32,000 nucleotides of DNA from an uncultured Synechococcus sp. (lineage in GTDB: Bacteria > Cyanobacteriota > Cyanobacteriia > Thermosynechococcales > Thermosynechococcaceae): contig CAZZCG010000009.1 in assembly GCA_964653145.1 (NCBI GenBank), forward strand, positions 37,596-69,595, given 5' to 3'. The translations under genes and the position numbers were made by a program. Shown here piece by piece: positions 10,677 through 19,011 of the stretch (position 1 is its first letter; each line of letters opens with the position of its first letter). Below the pieces are notes generated by a model, which was not told the origin of the DNA, did no database searches, and saw only the letters and a list, made by a program, of their open reading frames with translations.

Positions 10677-10866
10677 CCTGACGATAATCAGATTTTATAG
10701 TTTCTAGAATTTCCTGGGCATCCGAATCACTGAGAATCCCTGAAAGCTTCAGTAGGTTTTCATTATTTGTAGTGCTTTCTAACTGTTTAAGGAAATTAAA
10801 AACAGTTTCAATCTGCTCGTCAGAACTAGTCGAAATTTCTTGAAGAAGCTGTTCTCGTTTTTCCAT
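10657..10866 (-). CDS. Putative cognate antitoxin of the PIN toxin
   Basis: 69 aa charged small protein immediately upstream and overlapping the PIN-domain ORF by 20 bp; its position is the main evidence. Confidence 0.7.
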   Translation of the reverse strand: MEKREQLLQEISTSSDEQIETVFNFLKQLESTTNNENLLKLSGILSDSDAQEILETIKSDYRQVDANEW

Positions 10867-10898
10867 TTTGCATTCATCTCTTTAATTTTTTCTTTCTC

Positions 10899-11061
10899 CC
10901 AGGCCCCGTAGGCTCCCATTCTAACCTCTGCCACCTGAGTCAAAATCCCCAGGCCCCGCCCCCAACTTTCTAAACTTCTCTAAAGAAAAGTCAATTTTGT
11001 TGAATTTTTATCAATAGACCAGCGAAAATTCTCTACGCCAGGCGAAGGGTCGTTAGAATAA
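10899..11061. repeat. Direct repeat copy A (163 bp), upstream of the restriction endonuclease gene
   Basis: 10899..11022 matches 13167..13290 with one mismatch noticed (CCTGAGTC vs CCTGACTC). After a divergent 21 bp patch the match resumes (GAAGGGTCGyTAGAATAA) at the same 2268 bp offset. Confidence 0.95.
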
Positions 11062-11077
11062 AGTTTTTACCTAAGTT

Positions 11078-11854
11078 ATGACTCCTTCCCAAAATGCTAA
11101 TTCTAAAAAAGATAAAGTGGATTTCAATGCAATTAAGCTGTCGTCAGACTCTTTGGATGTATTTCTAAGAGTTTTTCAAGATGCTTTTGAAGAATACAAT
11201 TATCAATTTCTTGATGCACACCGAGCAATTCTTACAAGCTGCTATCAACATATTGAACTTGCTCCATCTCTAACAGCAGCATCACAAGCACAATTAGCAA
11301 AGGCATGGTTGAAAAAATATAATGATGGGTATCAAAGTAGGATATCAAGACGGATTTCTAAAGCTTCTGGAACAAAAGTTGATCCGATTATTAGCAGTAT
11401 TATTAACGCAAGGCTGACCCACTTAACAAACCAACACCTAGAGCAAATTAATTATGCCCATAGACTCTCAATGTCTGCTGAAAATATTTTAGGGTTGCTG
11501 TTAGAAGAATTTTTAGCTGAACAGTTAAGCGATTATGGTTGGCATTGTTGTTGGGGAGAAACACTACGCCATGTAGATTTTTGTCACAATGACGGCTCAC
11601 TTTTACAAATCAAGAATCGTAGTAATTCAGAAAATAGTTCCTCATCAAGAGTAAGAATTAACAAGCCTATAGAAAAGTGGTTTAGAGTAGATGCTAAAAA
11701 AGGAAGCTATCAATGGTCATATTTTAACCAAAGATATGAAACAGATCGTTTTTCTGAAGAGAGATTTATTGCATTTGTACAACAAGTTTTGAAAAATAAT
11801 CCTGAAGCTCTGGCCGTAGAAGAAAGTAATCCTTGGAAAAACACAAGTAACTAA
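11078..11854 (+). CDS. Type II restriction endonuclease (PD-(D/E)XK-like; possibly SinI family)
   Basis: 258 aa; convergent with and directly abutting a C5-cytosine methyltransferase gene; contains RHVDFCHNDGSLLQIKNRSNSENSSSSRVR, a plausible D-x(n)-(E/Q)XK active site. The SinI-family assignment is from recollection of similarity and needs a search. Confidence 0.75.
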   Translation: MTPSQNANSKKDKVDFNAIKLSSDSLDVFLRVFQDAFEEYNYQFLDAHRAILTSCYQHIELAPSLTAASQAQLAKAWLKKYNDGYQSRISRRISKASGTKVDPIISSIINARLTHLTNQHLEQINYAHRLSMSAENILGLLLEEFLAEQLSDYGWHCCWGETLRHVDFCHNDGSLLQIKNRSNSENSSSSRVRINKPIEKWFRVDAKKGSYQWSYFNQRYETDRFSEERFIAFVQQVLKNNPEALAVEESNPWKNTSN

Positions 11855-13108
11855 TCAAACAAAAGTTAGGGAGAGTTGACCAATAGACAAATTCTGAGTT
11901 TCAGGTTTAATATCTTTCATCCAGCTTTGGTCATCTGTATTCCGATAGCGAGAATACAGAAAATCTGGATAAATTATAGGTGTTTCGTCACTTAAGTGAG
12001 TTAATAACATTCTGGCAATCGCACGTCCTAAAGAACAAGGCACGGCATTTCCAACTTGACGATATTGATCAAGTAAAGACCCAGCAATGATCCAATTATC
12101 AGGAAATTCTTGAATCCGCTTATATTCTTCAATACTCAGAGGCCTATCTTCTTCTGGATGGGCTAAATCTGTGGCTGGCATAGCAGGATGAGTCACTAAA
12201 GTTGGAGAGGGTTTATCCCAGGCCAAGCGCCGATAAAAACCTGTTTTCCCACCTCCAGCAAAATAAGATGCTCCCAACGCCTCTTGCTGTAATTCTGCTG
12301 GTAAATCTCGCCAATATTGTCCAGGCCTAAGGAGTCGATAATACTTAAGTCGTTTTTCTGGGAATTTAACGAAATGATGTTCAGATTCAGATAAACCTGC
12401 CAAAGCCTCTCTTAAAGTACGCCATTTGGGAAGACTATATAGACCATTTTCTGAGTGGGTTGGAGTTAAGTAGGGAAGCTTTTGCCCATCACGACTACAA
12501 GCAATGACAACTCGTTCTCGTTGTTGAGGGGAGCCAAAGTTTGCTGCATTGTACAAATTAAATGAAACACTATATCCAGCTTCTTTAAGTTTTTGTATGA
12601 CAAATAGTAATGCACCACCTCGCTGTTCTTCTTGAGAAAGAGATGGAAAATCATAACCTCTCATTTCATGGGGACGATGTTTTAACGGTGCTGATAATAA
12701 TCCTCTAACATTTTCAATGACTAGAAACTTTGGATATAGCTCAATCACTAGGTCAATGAAGGTTAGAAATACATTACCCCGTTCATCATTAAATCCCTGA
12801 CGTTTTCCAGCACTACTAAAGGCCTGGCAAGGAGGACCACCGACAATGAGATCAATTTCATCCGTTGGTTTCAATCCGGCTTTTTCTCTGATTTCTGCGG
12901 CTGTGTAATCTCGAATATCACCGATTAAGGGAATATCCGGTCGGTTTATTTCAATGGTTTTGCGAGCGGCGGGATCAACTTCACAGGCCAGGATCACCTC
13001 AATTCCCTCTTTCTCCAGGCCAAGGTCTAATCCCATACAACCCGAAAAAAAACTCAAGGCCTTCAATTCAGGTTTACTAGCGGAATGAGTCTGACGATGT
13101 TGATTCAT
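11855..13108 (-). CDS. DNA (cytosine-5)-methyltransferase
   Basis: 417 aa; motif [17 protein letters not shown], motif [24 protein letters not shown], motif [13 protein letters not shown], motif [14 protein letters not shown], motifs [14 protein letters not shown] and YRQVGNAVP. Confidence 0.95.
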   Translation of the reverse strand: MNQHRQTHSASKPELKALSFFSGCMGLDLGLEKEGIEVILACEVDPAARKTIEINRPDIPLIGDIRDYTAAEIREKAGLKPTDEIDLIVGGPPCQAFSSAGKRQGFNDERGNVFLTFIDLVIELYPKFLVIENVRGLLSAPLKHRPHEMRGYDFPSLSQEEQRGGALLFVIQKLKEAGYSVSFNLYNAANFGSPQQRERVVIACSRDGQKLPYLTPTHSENGLYSLPKWRTLREALAGLSESEHHFVKFPEKRLKYYRLLRPGQYWRDLPAELQQEALGASYFAGGGKTGFYRRLAWDKPSPTLVTHPAMPATDLAHPEEDRPLSIEEYKRIQEFPDNWIIAGSLLDQYRQVGNAVPCSLGRAIARMLLTHLSDETPIIYPDFLYSRYRNTDDQSWMKDIKPETQNLSIGQLSLTFV

Positions 13109-13166
13109 AGTTGCTTTGAAATTTGGTGGCCTTGGCTATACCTAATAATGAAGCATCTAACATGAT

Positions 13167-13329
13167 CCAGGCCCCGTAGGCTCCCATTCTAACCTCTGCC
13201 ACCTGACTCAAAATCCCCAGGCCCCGCCCCCAACTTTCTAAACTTCTCTAAAGAAAAGTCAATTTTGTTGAATTTTTATCAATAGACCAGAAAAAACTCA
13301 TCAGGACAAAAGAAGGGTCGCTAGAATAA
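13167..13329. repeat. Direct repeat copy B (163 bp), between the methyltransferase gene and the J-domain gene
   Basis: Near-identical to 10899..11061 at constant offset 2268 bp. Confidence 0.95.
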
Positions 13330-13348
13330 TATTTTTTAGTGCAAGACT

Positions 13349-13900
13349 ATGGCCTCATCATCCAAAAAGCTCACCCCAAGGATTGAAGCTGAGATTTCTC
13401 GACTATCAGGGGTTCTTAGCTGTGATCCAAAAATTCTCAGTGATTTCGCCTACTTTGTTAAGGGGATTAAACCACCGCCACCACCTAAACCTAAAGCCTT
13501 AACTTTTCTACAACTCAAAGAAGCCGTATATAAGCATTTCAACGTGAAAACCACTCCTGAGCTTAAAGAGTCGGGCAATTTTCAGATGGCTACAAATGGG
13601 ATGAAGTTGAACTTAGGAAAAAAAGAGGCCTGGGAGGATGTTTATCGGAAGTGGATTGGTATTTTGCCCAACGAGGACGGAGAAACAGGCAAGGACTGCA
13701 TCAACGGTATCAACATCTTTAAATATGATTTGCCTTGGCGGGTGTTTGGCCTGGATCGGCATACGGCAACTGAAGCAGAAATTAAGGAAGCCTATCGCAA
13801 TTTAAGTAAGAAATATCATCCTGATAATCCTGAAACCGGAGATGATCGAATTTTTCAACGGATTAATATTTTCTATCGTAGTTTATTAGGTAAAGGTTAA
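13349..13900 (+). CDS. Protein with C-terminal J-domain (DnaJ-like), novel N-terminal region
   Basis: 183 aa; C-terminal DLPWRVFGLDRHTATEAEIKEAYRNLSKKYHPDNPETGDDRIFQRINIFYRSLLG contains the HPD motif in a J-domain context. Confidence 0.85.
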   Translation: MASSSKKLTPRIEAEISRLSGVLSCDPKILSDFAYFVKGIKPPPPPKPKALTFLQLKEAVYKHFNVKTTPELKESGNFQMATNGMKLNLGKKEAWEDVYRKWIGILPNEDGETGKDCINGINIFKYDLPWRVFGLDRHTATEAEIKEAYRNLSKKYHPDNPETGDDRIFQRINIFYRSLLGKG

Positions 13901-14943
13901 TGGCAAAGCAAATATGGATTACTTCAGCCAAGTTGATAGAAATTTTGAGGATTTCTGAGAGGGAGTTACATGAAATTGAGAAATTTTTTGATGCTGATCC
14001 CTACGATAAGTGGAACCTTGAGAATGGAAAGGATTACAGAATTATCAATCAATCAAATGGATTAAGGGAATACACAGATACAGGAGCATATGCTATCGCC
14101 TCGTATTTGGAGCACAGAAACAGATCAGAAAATAAAGGTTTTCTAGGTTGGATCAGAGAGTTCGTTCGCAAGCTGAAGGGAGACGTTCGCAAAACATTCA
14201 TTAAAGAGAAAATCCTTTATAATAGCTCATCCTTAGTAAAGCGCAGAAATTACTTTTACTTATGTGAGAAGGACTTGATCTCTATCTTTGGCACAAGAAA
14301 GGACTATTTTTATAAGATTTTTGAGTTGGCGCAAAAGGAAGAAAAACCTTTGATTGTTGATTTGGATTATGATGACACTTTTGGAAATGGAATGAGATAT
14401 TATTCTACAAGTGGCATTTTAAAGTTAGCCAAGGTATTTAATCGAGAACTAACTAATAAAAATCGCCAAGAATGGTGTGAAGATGTTGGTGCGGTTATTA
14501 TACCTTTTACACATGAAATCGAGAAAATACATATACAGCGAAATCAGAGAATTACCTCTACTAAAAATGCTGCCAAGAAACGGGATAAATCTAGATGTCG
14601 CATTACTAAAGAAAGTCCACGGGATAGTAGTATTTCCCCAATTAAACTAGCTGCTCATCATTTATACTCTGCGGCCCACTATCCCCATTTAGCTGACTCT
14701 GTAGATAATATCATTACAATTAAGGAGGAAATCCACGATCATTTTCATCAAGTTATGGGTGGAAAAGGTAAGCCCTGTACGATTGATGACTTTATTAACT
14801 ACATCAAGAATTACTATCCTGATAAATTAGAATTGATTACTTGGTTGCACGGTCAAAAAGCTAAAATTCCCTCAGAGCCTCTTTCAAAAAATGCACCAAT
14901 GGTCTTATATTTACCACCAAAGCAAGTGATGCAAAACAATTAA
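13900..14943 (+). CDS. Putative HNH endonuclease with a novel N-terminal region, co-operonic with the J-domain gene
   Basis: 347 aa; ATG overlaps the upstream TAA by one base (TAATG). C-terminal CRITKESPRDSSISPIKLAAHHLYSAAHYPHLADSVDNIITIKEEIHDHFHQVMGG matches the HNH pattern (HH...N...H). Confidence 0.65.
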   Translation: MAKQIWITSAKLIEILRISERELHEIEKFFDADPYDKWNLENGKDYRIINQSNGLREYTDTGAYAIASYLEHRNRSENKGFLGWIREFVRKLKGDVRKTFIKEKILYNSSSLVKRRNYFYLCEKDLISIFGTRKDYFYKIFELAQKEEKPLIVDLDYDDTFGNGMRYYSTSGILKLAKVFNRELTNKNRQEWCEDVGAVIIPFTHEIEKIHIQRNQRITSTKNAAKKRDKSRCRITKESPRDSSISPIKLAAHHLYSAAHYPHLADSVDNIITIKEEIHDHFHQVMGGKGKPCTIDDFINYIKNYYPDKLELITWLHGQKAKIPSEPLSKNAPMVLYLPPKQVMQNN

Positions 14944-14971
14944 GTTATGACGTTGAGGGAATTCTTGAAAG

Positions 14972-15071
14972 CTACAACCGCCCGATGGCAATCCCCATGA
15001 GCATGACCCGATCAATCACATAAATCACCCCATTATCAGCCTCAATATCTTGGATGATCACCGTGGCATTT
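14972..15071 (-). pseudogene. Truncated 3' end of a second cupS-like (fasciclin-domain) gene
   Basis: Minus-strand translation [32 protein letters not shown] versus [32 protein letters not shown] in the intact cupS; about 87/100 bases identical to 15640..15739 by hand alignment, homology ends abruptly after 15071. Confidence 0.9.
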
Positions 15072-15090
15072 AATGAGCTAGTATTTCTGA

Positions 15091-15312
15091 TCAAATCTCA
15101 AATAAATGACGAGGTAGCCCTGATTGGCGAATGATAGATTGTAATGTGCCGATTTTGAGTTCGGGATGATTGGGAACGGGGACAGTGATTGTTGTGTCTT
15201 TTGTTTTAAGTTGCATAATGATATGGCTTCCGCTTTGCCGTATTTCGATAAAGTCATAGGCTGCCAGAATTTTGCACACCTCGCGTCCAGATAAAATACG
15301 CAACTTACCCAA
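15091..15312 (-). CDS. hicA: HicA-like mRNA interferase toxin
   Basis: ORF 15091..15387, but the conserved region LSGREVCKILAAYDFIEIRQSGSHIIMQ...VPVPNHPELKIGTLQSIIRQSGLPRHLF begins near a TTG at 15312, overlapping the hicB stop; start inferred. Confidence 0.85.
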   Translation of the reverse strand: MGKLRILSGREVCKILAAYDFIEIRQSGSHIIMQLKTKDTTITVPVPNHPELKIGTLQSIIRQSGLPRHLFEI

Positions 15313-15565
15313 CAGTAATTTCCAACCGGGTGATAAAAATCTCTGAACGTAAGCGATTGGTAATTTCCGAAGGATCGGCAACATCAAAGAAAAGTTCTAA
15401 GGCTTCAATCAAGTTGTTTTTGGCTTCTTCAATCGTGTTTCCTTGGCTAGCAATATCAAGTTCGGGACATAGGGATACATATCCATCCCCTTCTCGTTCG
15501 ATAATTGCAGTAAAAGGCTGAACTTGTTTCATTGGTTTTCTATTTGTTTTTATTAGGATAATCAA
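15305..15565 (-). CDS. hicB: HicB-like antitoxin
   Basis: FTAIIEREGDGYVSLCPELDIASQGNTIEEAKNNLIEALELFFD is typical of HicB; directly upstream of hicA. Actual start may be the internal Met at MKQVQPF. Confidence 0.9.
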   Translation of the reverse strand: MIILIKTNRKPMKQVQPFTAIIEREGDGYVSLCPELDIASQGNTIEEAKNNLIEALELFFDVADPSEITNRLRSEIFITRLEITVG

Positions 15566-15639
15566 ATTTTACTTGAGACGGACTATACCTCCCAGCTTAA
15601 ACGATTGAGCTTTGAGCAGCAAAAATTACAAAAAGGTAC

Positions 15640-16062
15640 TTAAAGCCGCCCAATGGCAATTCCCATCAGCATCACCCGATCAATTACATGAATCACGCCA
15701 TTGTCCGCCTCAATATCTGGGATGATCACCGTGGCATTTTTGGCTTCAAACTTACCATTACTGGCATTAATCGGAATCACAGAGCCTTCCACCGAGGTTA
15801 ACTTGTCCACACCGACTAAATCCGCTTTTTTGTAGATTCCTGGCACCACATGAAATGTCAAAATCCGAGCCAACTGCGGGGTATTTTGCACCAAGGTTTG
15901 AATCGTGCCACCGGGTAACTGAGCAAACGCAGCATCCACGGGCGCAAATACGGTAAAGGGGCCTGGGCTGTTGAGGACATCCACTAAACCCGCAACCTTC
16001 ACAGCCGTCACTAAGGTTTGAAAATTCTCATTCCCGACTGCAATTTCCACAATCGTTGCCAT
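15640..16062 (-). CDS. cupS: Fasciclin-domain protein CupS, small subunit of the NDH-1MS CO2 uptake complex
   Basis: 140 aa fasciclin/FAS1 ([25 protein letters not shown] analog, [12 protein letters not shown]); immediately downstream of cupA. Confidence 0.92.
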   Translation of the reverse strand: MATIVEIAVGNENFQTLVTAVKVAGLVDVLNSPGPFTVFAPVDAAFAQLPGGTIQTLVQNTPQLARILTFHVVPGIYKKADLVGVDKLTSVEGSVIPINASNGKFEAKNATVIIPDIEADNGVIHVIDRVMLMGIAIGRL

Positions 16063-16109
16063 CTTAAATTCCTCTTGGATGAATGTTGTGAACAGACCGT
16101 CAATGAGTT

Positions 16110-17408
16110 TTAGCGATACTCTTGGAACTGCACATTCCGTAACCGAGCTTCCGGACGTTTGAACCGATCCATTTGGGCTTCAAAGAAGATCCGATTCGCC
16201 ATTAAATGCTCAGGGTCTGGATCATCAAGGGGATAAAGTAATGCCGTCCGCAGGGCCTGGATTACCGCTGAAGTCACGTTGTACATCGACCGCTGGAACG
16301 TAATCCCCAACTGAATCAACATATCCGCTTCCCCCCGGCAATACTGTTTGTAGTAGTCCAGTAGATAGGGCGGTAAAAAGTGGAGCATATCCTGCATTAA
16401 CAATGTGGGGGGAATCCCAGCCGAACCCACCGGAAACACATCTGCATAGAGAATTCCATAGTGAAAGTCTTTTTGCTCAGATGGGACTTGGTAGGCCTGG
16501 GCATTGTAGGATTTCGTTCCCCGGAACGGCGAAGTGCGATAAAACACCGCTTCCACATAGGGCAATGCCGCCTCATAGAGCCAGGTAAAGCCTTTTGATT
16601 TCGGAATGATTTCGTAGCATTCCCCATCAATATAAACATGGTGATAAATTGGCCGCCCAGCAATGGCAAAAATCCCATTCACGAGGAAATTCATAGCATC
16701 AGGAACGCCCTTAAAGCCGCCCTCATCATAAATGTCCGACATTTCAAAGAACACCGGGGCCATGACTTCCCAGAACAGGCCAAGATTGGCGTAGTAGGAA
16801 AGTTGCCGCACCTGTTCATAGAACATATCCGGAAAGAGTTTGTACAAGCCCAGCATCAAGGGATTGCCTTTGAAGTAGGCCCGAATTGCCCGATCCGCAT
16901 TGGCTTTGTACTCATCCGTATCCAGGTAAGGATCAAACTGCCCCCCCATGCCCCGATGCCACAACATCGCCCGCATACACTCTTCAGCAAATTCCATATT
17001 GATCCGGTCGTGCCAGAGGTGATGAGCCAGTTTCGGCAGGTTCCATTTCAACTCTCCCTTGGCCATAAACTCCAGGAGTTCAGGATGAGCCGTTGCTTCC
17101 CCGCGCCAGATGCGTAAATCAGCGGTATCTCCCGCGTAGTGATTGTGTAGATCCAAATATTCCTGGGGCAAGAAATACTTAAAGGCAGGTAACGGATTTA
17201 AAAATACCCGCTCGGCAATATAAAGCAAATCCCGCCAGTAAAAATCCATCGGCACCGCATAAGCTTTATAAATCCCGATGATCTGCATCAGGTTTTCCGG
17301 CGTATCGGGCAACATTGAACCCCCAGCCTCAAGGCGATGGATCACCTCTGCAAATTCGTGGGTCGAAGGGGGAATTTTGGTGGGGGCAGTTAAGGTGGCA
17401 GTGGTCAT
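16110..17408 (-). CDS. cupA: CO2 hydration protein CupA (ChpY)
   Basis: 432 aa; [59 protein letters not shown], in the expected operon position between ndhD3 and cupS. Confidence 0.93.
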   Translation of the reverse strand: MTTATLTAPTKIPPSTHEFAEVIHRLEAGGSMLPDTPENLMQIIGIYKAYAVPMDFYWRDLLYIAERVFLNPLPAFKYFLPQEYLDLHNHYAGDTADLRIWRGEATAHPELLEFMAKGELKWNLPKLAHHLWHDRINMEFAEECMRAMLWHRGMGGQFDPYLDTDEYKANADRAIRAYFKGNPLMLGLYKLFPDMFYEQVRQLSYYANLGLFWEVMAPVFFEMSDIYDEGGFKGVPDAMNFLVNGIFAIAGRPIYHHVYIDGECYEIIPKSKGFTWLYEAALPYVEAVFYRTSPFRGTKSYNAQAYQVPSEQKDFHYGILYADVFPVGSAGIPPTLLMQDMLHFLPPYLLDYYKQYCRGEADMLIQLGITFQRSMYNVTSAVIQALRTALLYPLDDPDPEHLMANRIFFEAQMDRFKRPEARLRNVQFQEYR

Positions 17409-17441
17409 AGCTAATGCTCTCTCCAGATCAGGGTTTCAGGG

Positions 17442-18962
17442 TTACTCAGCAATTAGGACAGTGGTATCAGCAAGGGTTGGACGCGGGGCCTGGGCCACAA
17501 TCGCCGGGGTTAATTCTGGGGCAGCTGCAACCATAGCTGAGGTGGTAGATTCCGTCCATTTCACGAGCCAGGCCGGTTGCACACCCAAGTAAAAAATCAC
17601 AGCAACAAGGATTAAGGCTGGAACTCGCTCATTCCACTGCACCATCGGAAAATAGGCGATGGCATTATCCAATTTGCCGAAACAAGTCCGGTTCAACAGA
17701 ATCACGAAATAGACGGCGGTTAACCCAGTCCCAACCACGCAGAGCAAGGTTTGTAGCGGGAACGTGGCATAACTGCCTTGGAAAACCAAAAACTCAGCCA
17801 CAAAGCCCACCAGGCCGGGGATCCCTGCACTGGCCATCCCGCCCAAAATCAACAGACTACTAACTAAGGGCAAGCCCCGAATCGGATTCAGTAAGCCATT
17901 GAGCACATCCAATTCCCGTGTTCCGACCTTGGCTTCAATCACACCCACCAAATGGAACAGCAGGGCCAAAATCAACCCGTGAGCAACCATTTGCGACACT
18001 GAACCCACCAAGCTCAAGTCCGTTAAAGCCGCTCCCCCAAGGAGGATATAGCCCATGTGCCCAATGGAGCTGTAGGCCACCATCCGTTTAATATCTTTCT
18101 GAGCAATGGCCACGGTTGCCCCGTAGAGAACACTAATTGACCCCCAAGTTGCCAAAAATGGTGCCAGAGATGCCCAGGCCTCGGGGAATAAGCCCAACCC
18201 AAAGCGGAAAATCCCATAGGCCCCCAATTTTGCCAGCACCCCACCGAGCAACATCGCAATTGGAGCCGAAGCTGCAACATAGGTATCCGGTAGCCAAGTG
18301 TGGAGGGGAACCAGCGGAATCTTGATCCCAAAACCGACCAAAATCAAGCCCAGCAAGACCAACTGTAACCAGCCCGGGAGAGTATTACCCATCACCGCTT
18401 CGTAGGCAAAACTATCCGCCCCCTGCACCCAAACCAGGCCCAGGAATGCCGCCAAAATCATCGCCCCGGACAATGCCGTATAGAGCAGAAATTTAATCGC
18501 CGCATAATTGCGTTTTTCACCGCCCCAGATGGAAATCAACAGATAGAACGGCACGAGCTCCACTTCATAGAACAGGAAAAACAGGAGCAGATTTTGAGCT
18601 AAGAACGCCCCTGCCACACCCCCAGACACCAGCAGAATCAAGCTATAAAACAGTCGCGGCCGTTCAGTTTGGTCTTTGCTGCAATAAATCGCAATCCAGG
18701 TCAGAAAAGCATTCAGCACCAACAGCGGCAAGGAGAGACCATCCACCCCAATCTGATAGTTCAAACCCAGGGCATCCAGCCAAGGTAAAAACTCTGGCAT
18801 TTGCAGGAGCGGATTGCTGAGGTCAAAGTGGCCGACCACCCAAACACTCCAGGCCAAGACAAGAAAGCTAATCCCCAAGGCTGAGAGTTTTAGAAACCGC
18901 GCCGGTACAACGGTAATCAGCAACGCCCCCACCACTGGCAACCAAATCAACGGACTCAACAT
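17442..18962 (-). CDS. ndhD3: NAD(P)H-quinone oxidoreductase subunit 4, NdhD3
   Basis: 506 aa NuoM/NdhD family (LLFFLFYEVELVPFYLLISIWG, KFLLYTALSGAMILAAFLGLVW, YSSIGHMGYILLG); D3 subtype from synteny with cupA/cupS. Confidence 0.93.
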   Translation of the reverse strand: MLSPLIWLPVVGALLITVVPARFLKLSALGISFLVLAWSVWVVGHFDLSNPLLQMPEFLPWLDALGLNYQIGVDGLSLPLLVLNAFLTWIAIYCSKDQTERPRLFYSLILLVSGGVAGAFLAQNLLLFFLFYEVELVPFYLLISIWGGEKRNYAAIKFLLYTALSGAMILAAFLGLVWVQGADSFAYEAVMGNTLPGWLQLVLLGLILVGFGIKIPLVPLHTWLPDTYVAASAPIAMLLGGVLAKLGAYGIFRFGLGLFPEAWASLAPFLATWGSISVLYGATVAIAQKDIKRMVAYSSIGHMGYILLGGAALTDLSLVGSVSQMVAHGLILALLFHLVGVIEAKVGTRELDVLNGLLNPIRGLPLVSSLLILGGMASAGIPGLVGFVAEFLVFQGSYATFPLQTLLCVVGTGLTAVYFVILLNRTCFGKLDNAIAYFPMVQWNERVPALILVAVIFYLGVQPAWLVKWTESTTSAMVAAAPELTPAIVAQAPRPTLADTTVLIAE

Positions 18963-19011
18963 TTTCCTTTCACCCCAAATTTAGAACAAGCACAGCAATT
19001 CAGTTCAGTGT

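Noticed and set aside
12466-12654. 62 aa ORF inside the methyltransferase gene, initially considered a control-protein (C protein) candidate
   Set aside because: Same strand but in another frame of the methyltransferase, no helix-turn-helix-like pattern, and sequence is a frame-shadow of the conserved methyltransferase coding region.
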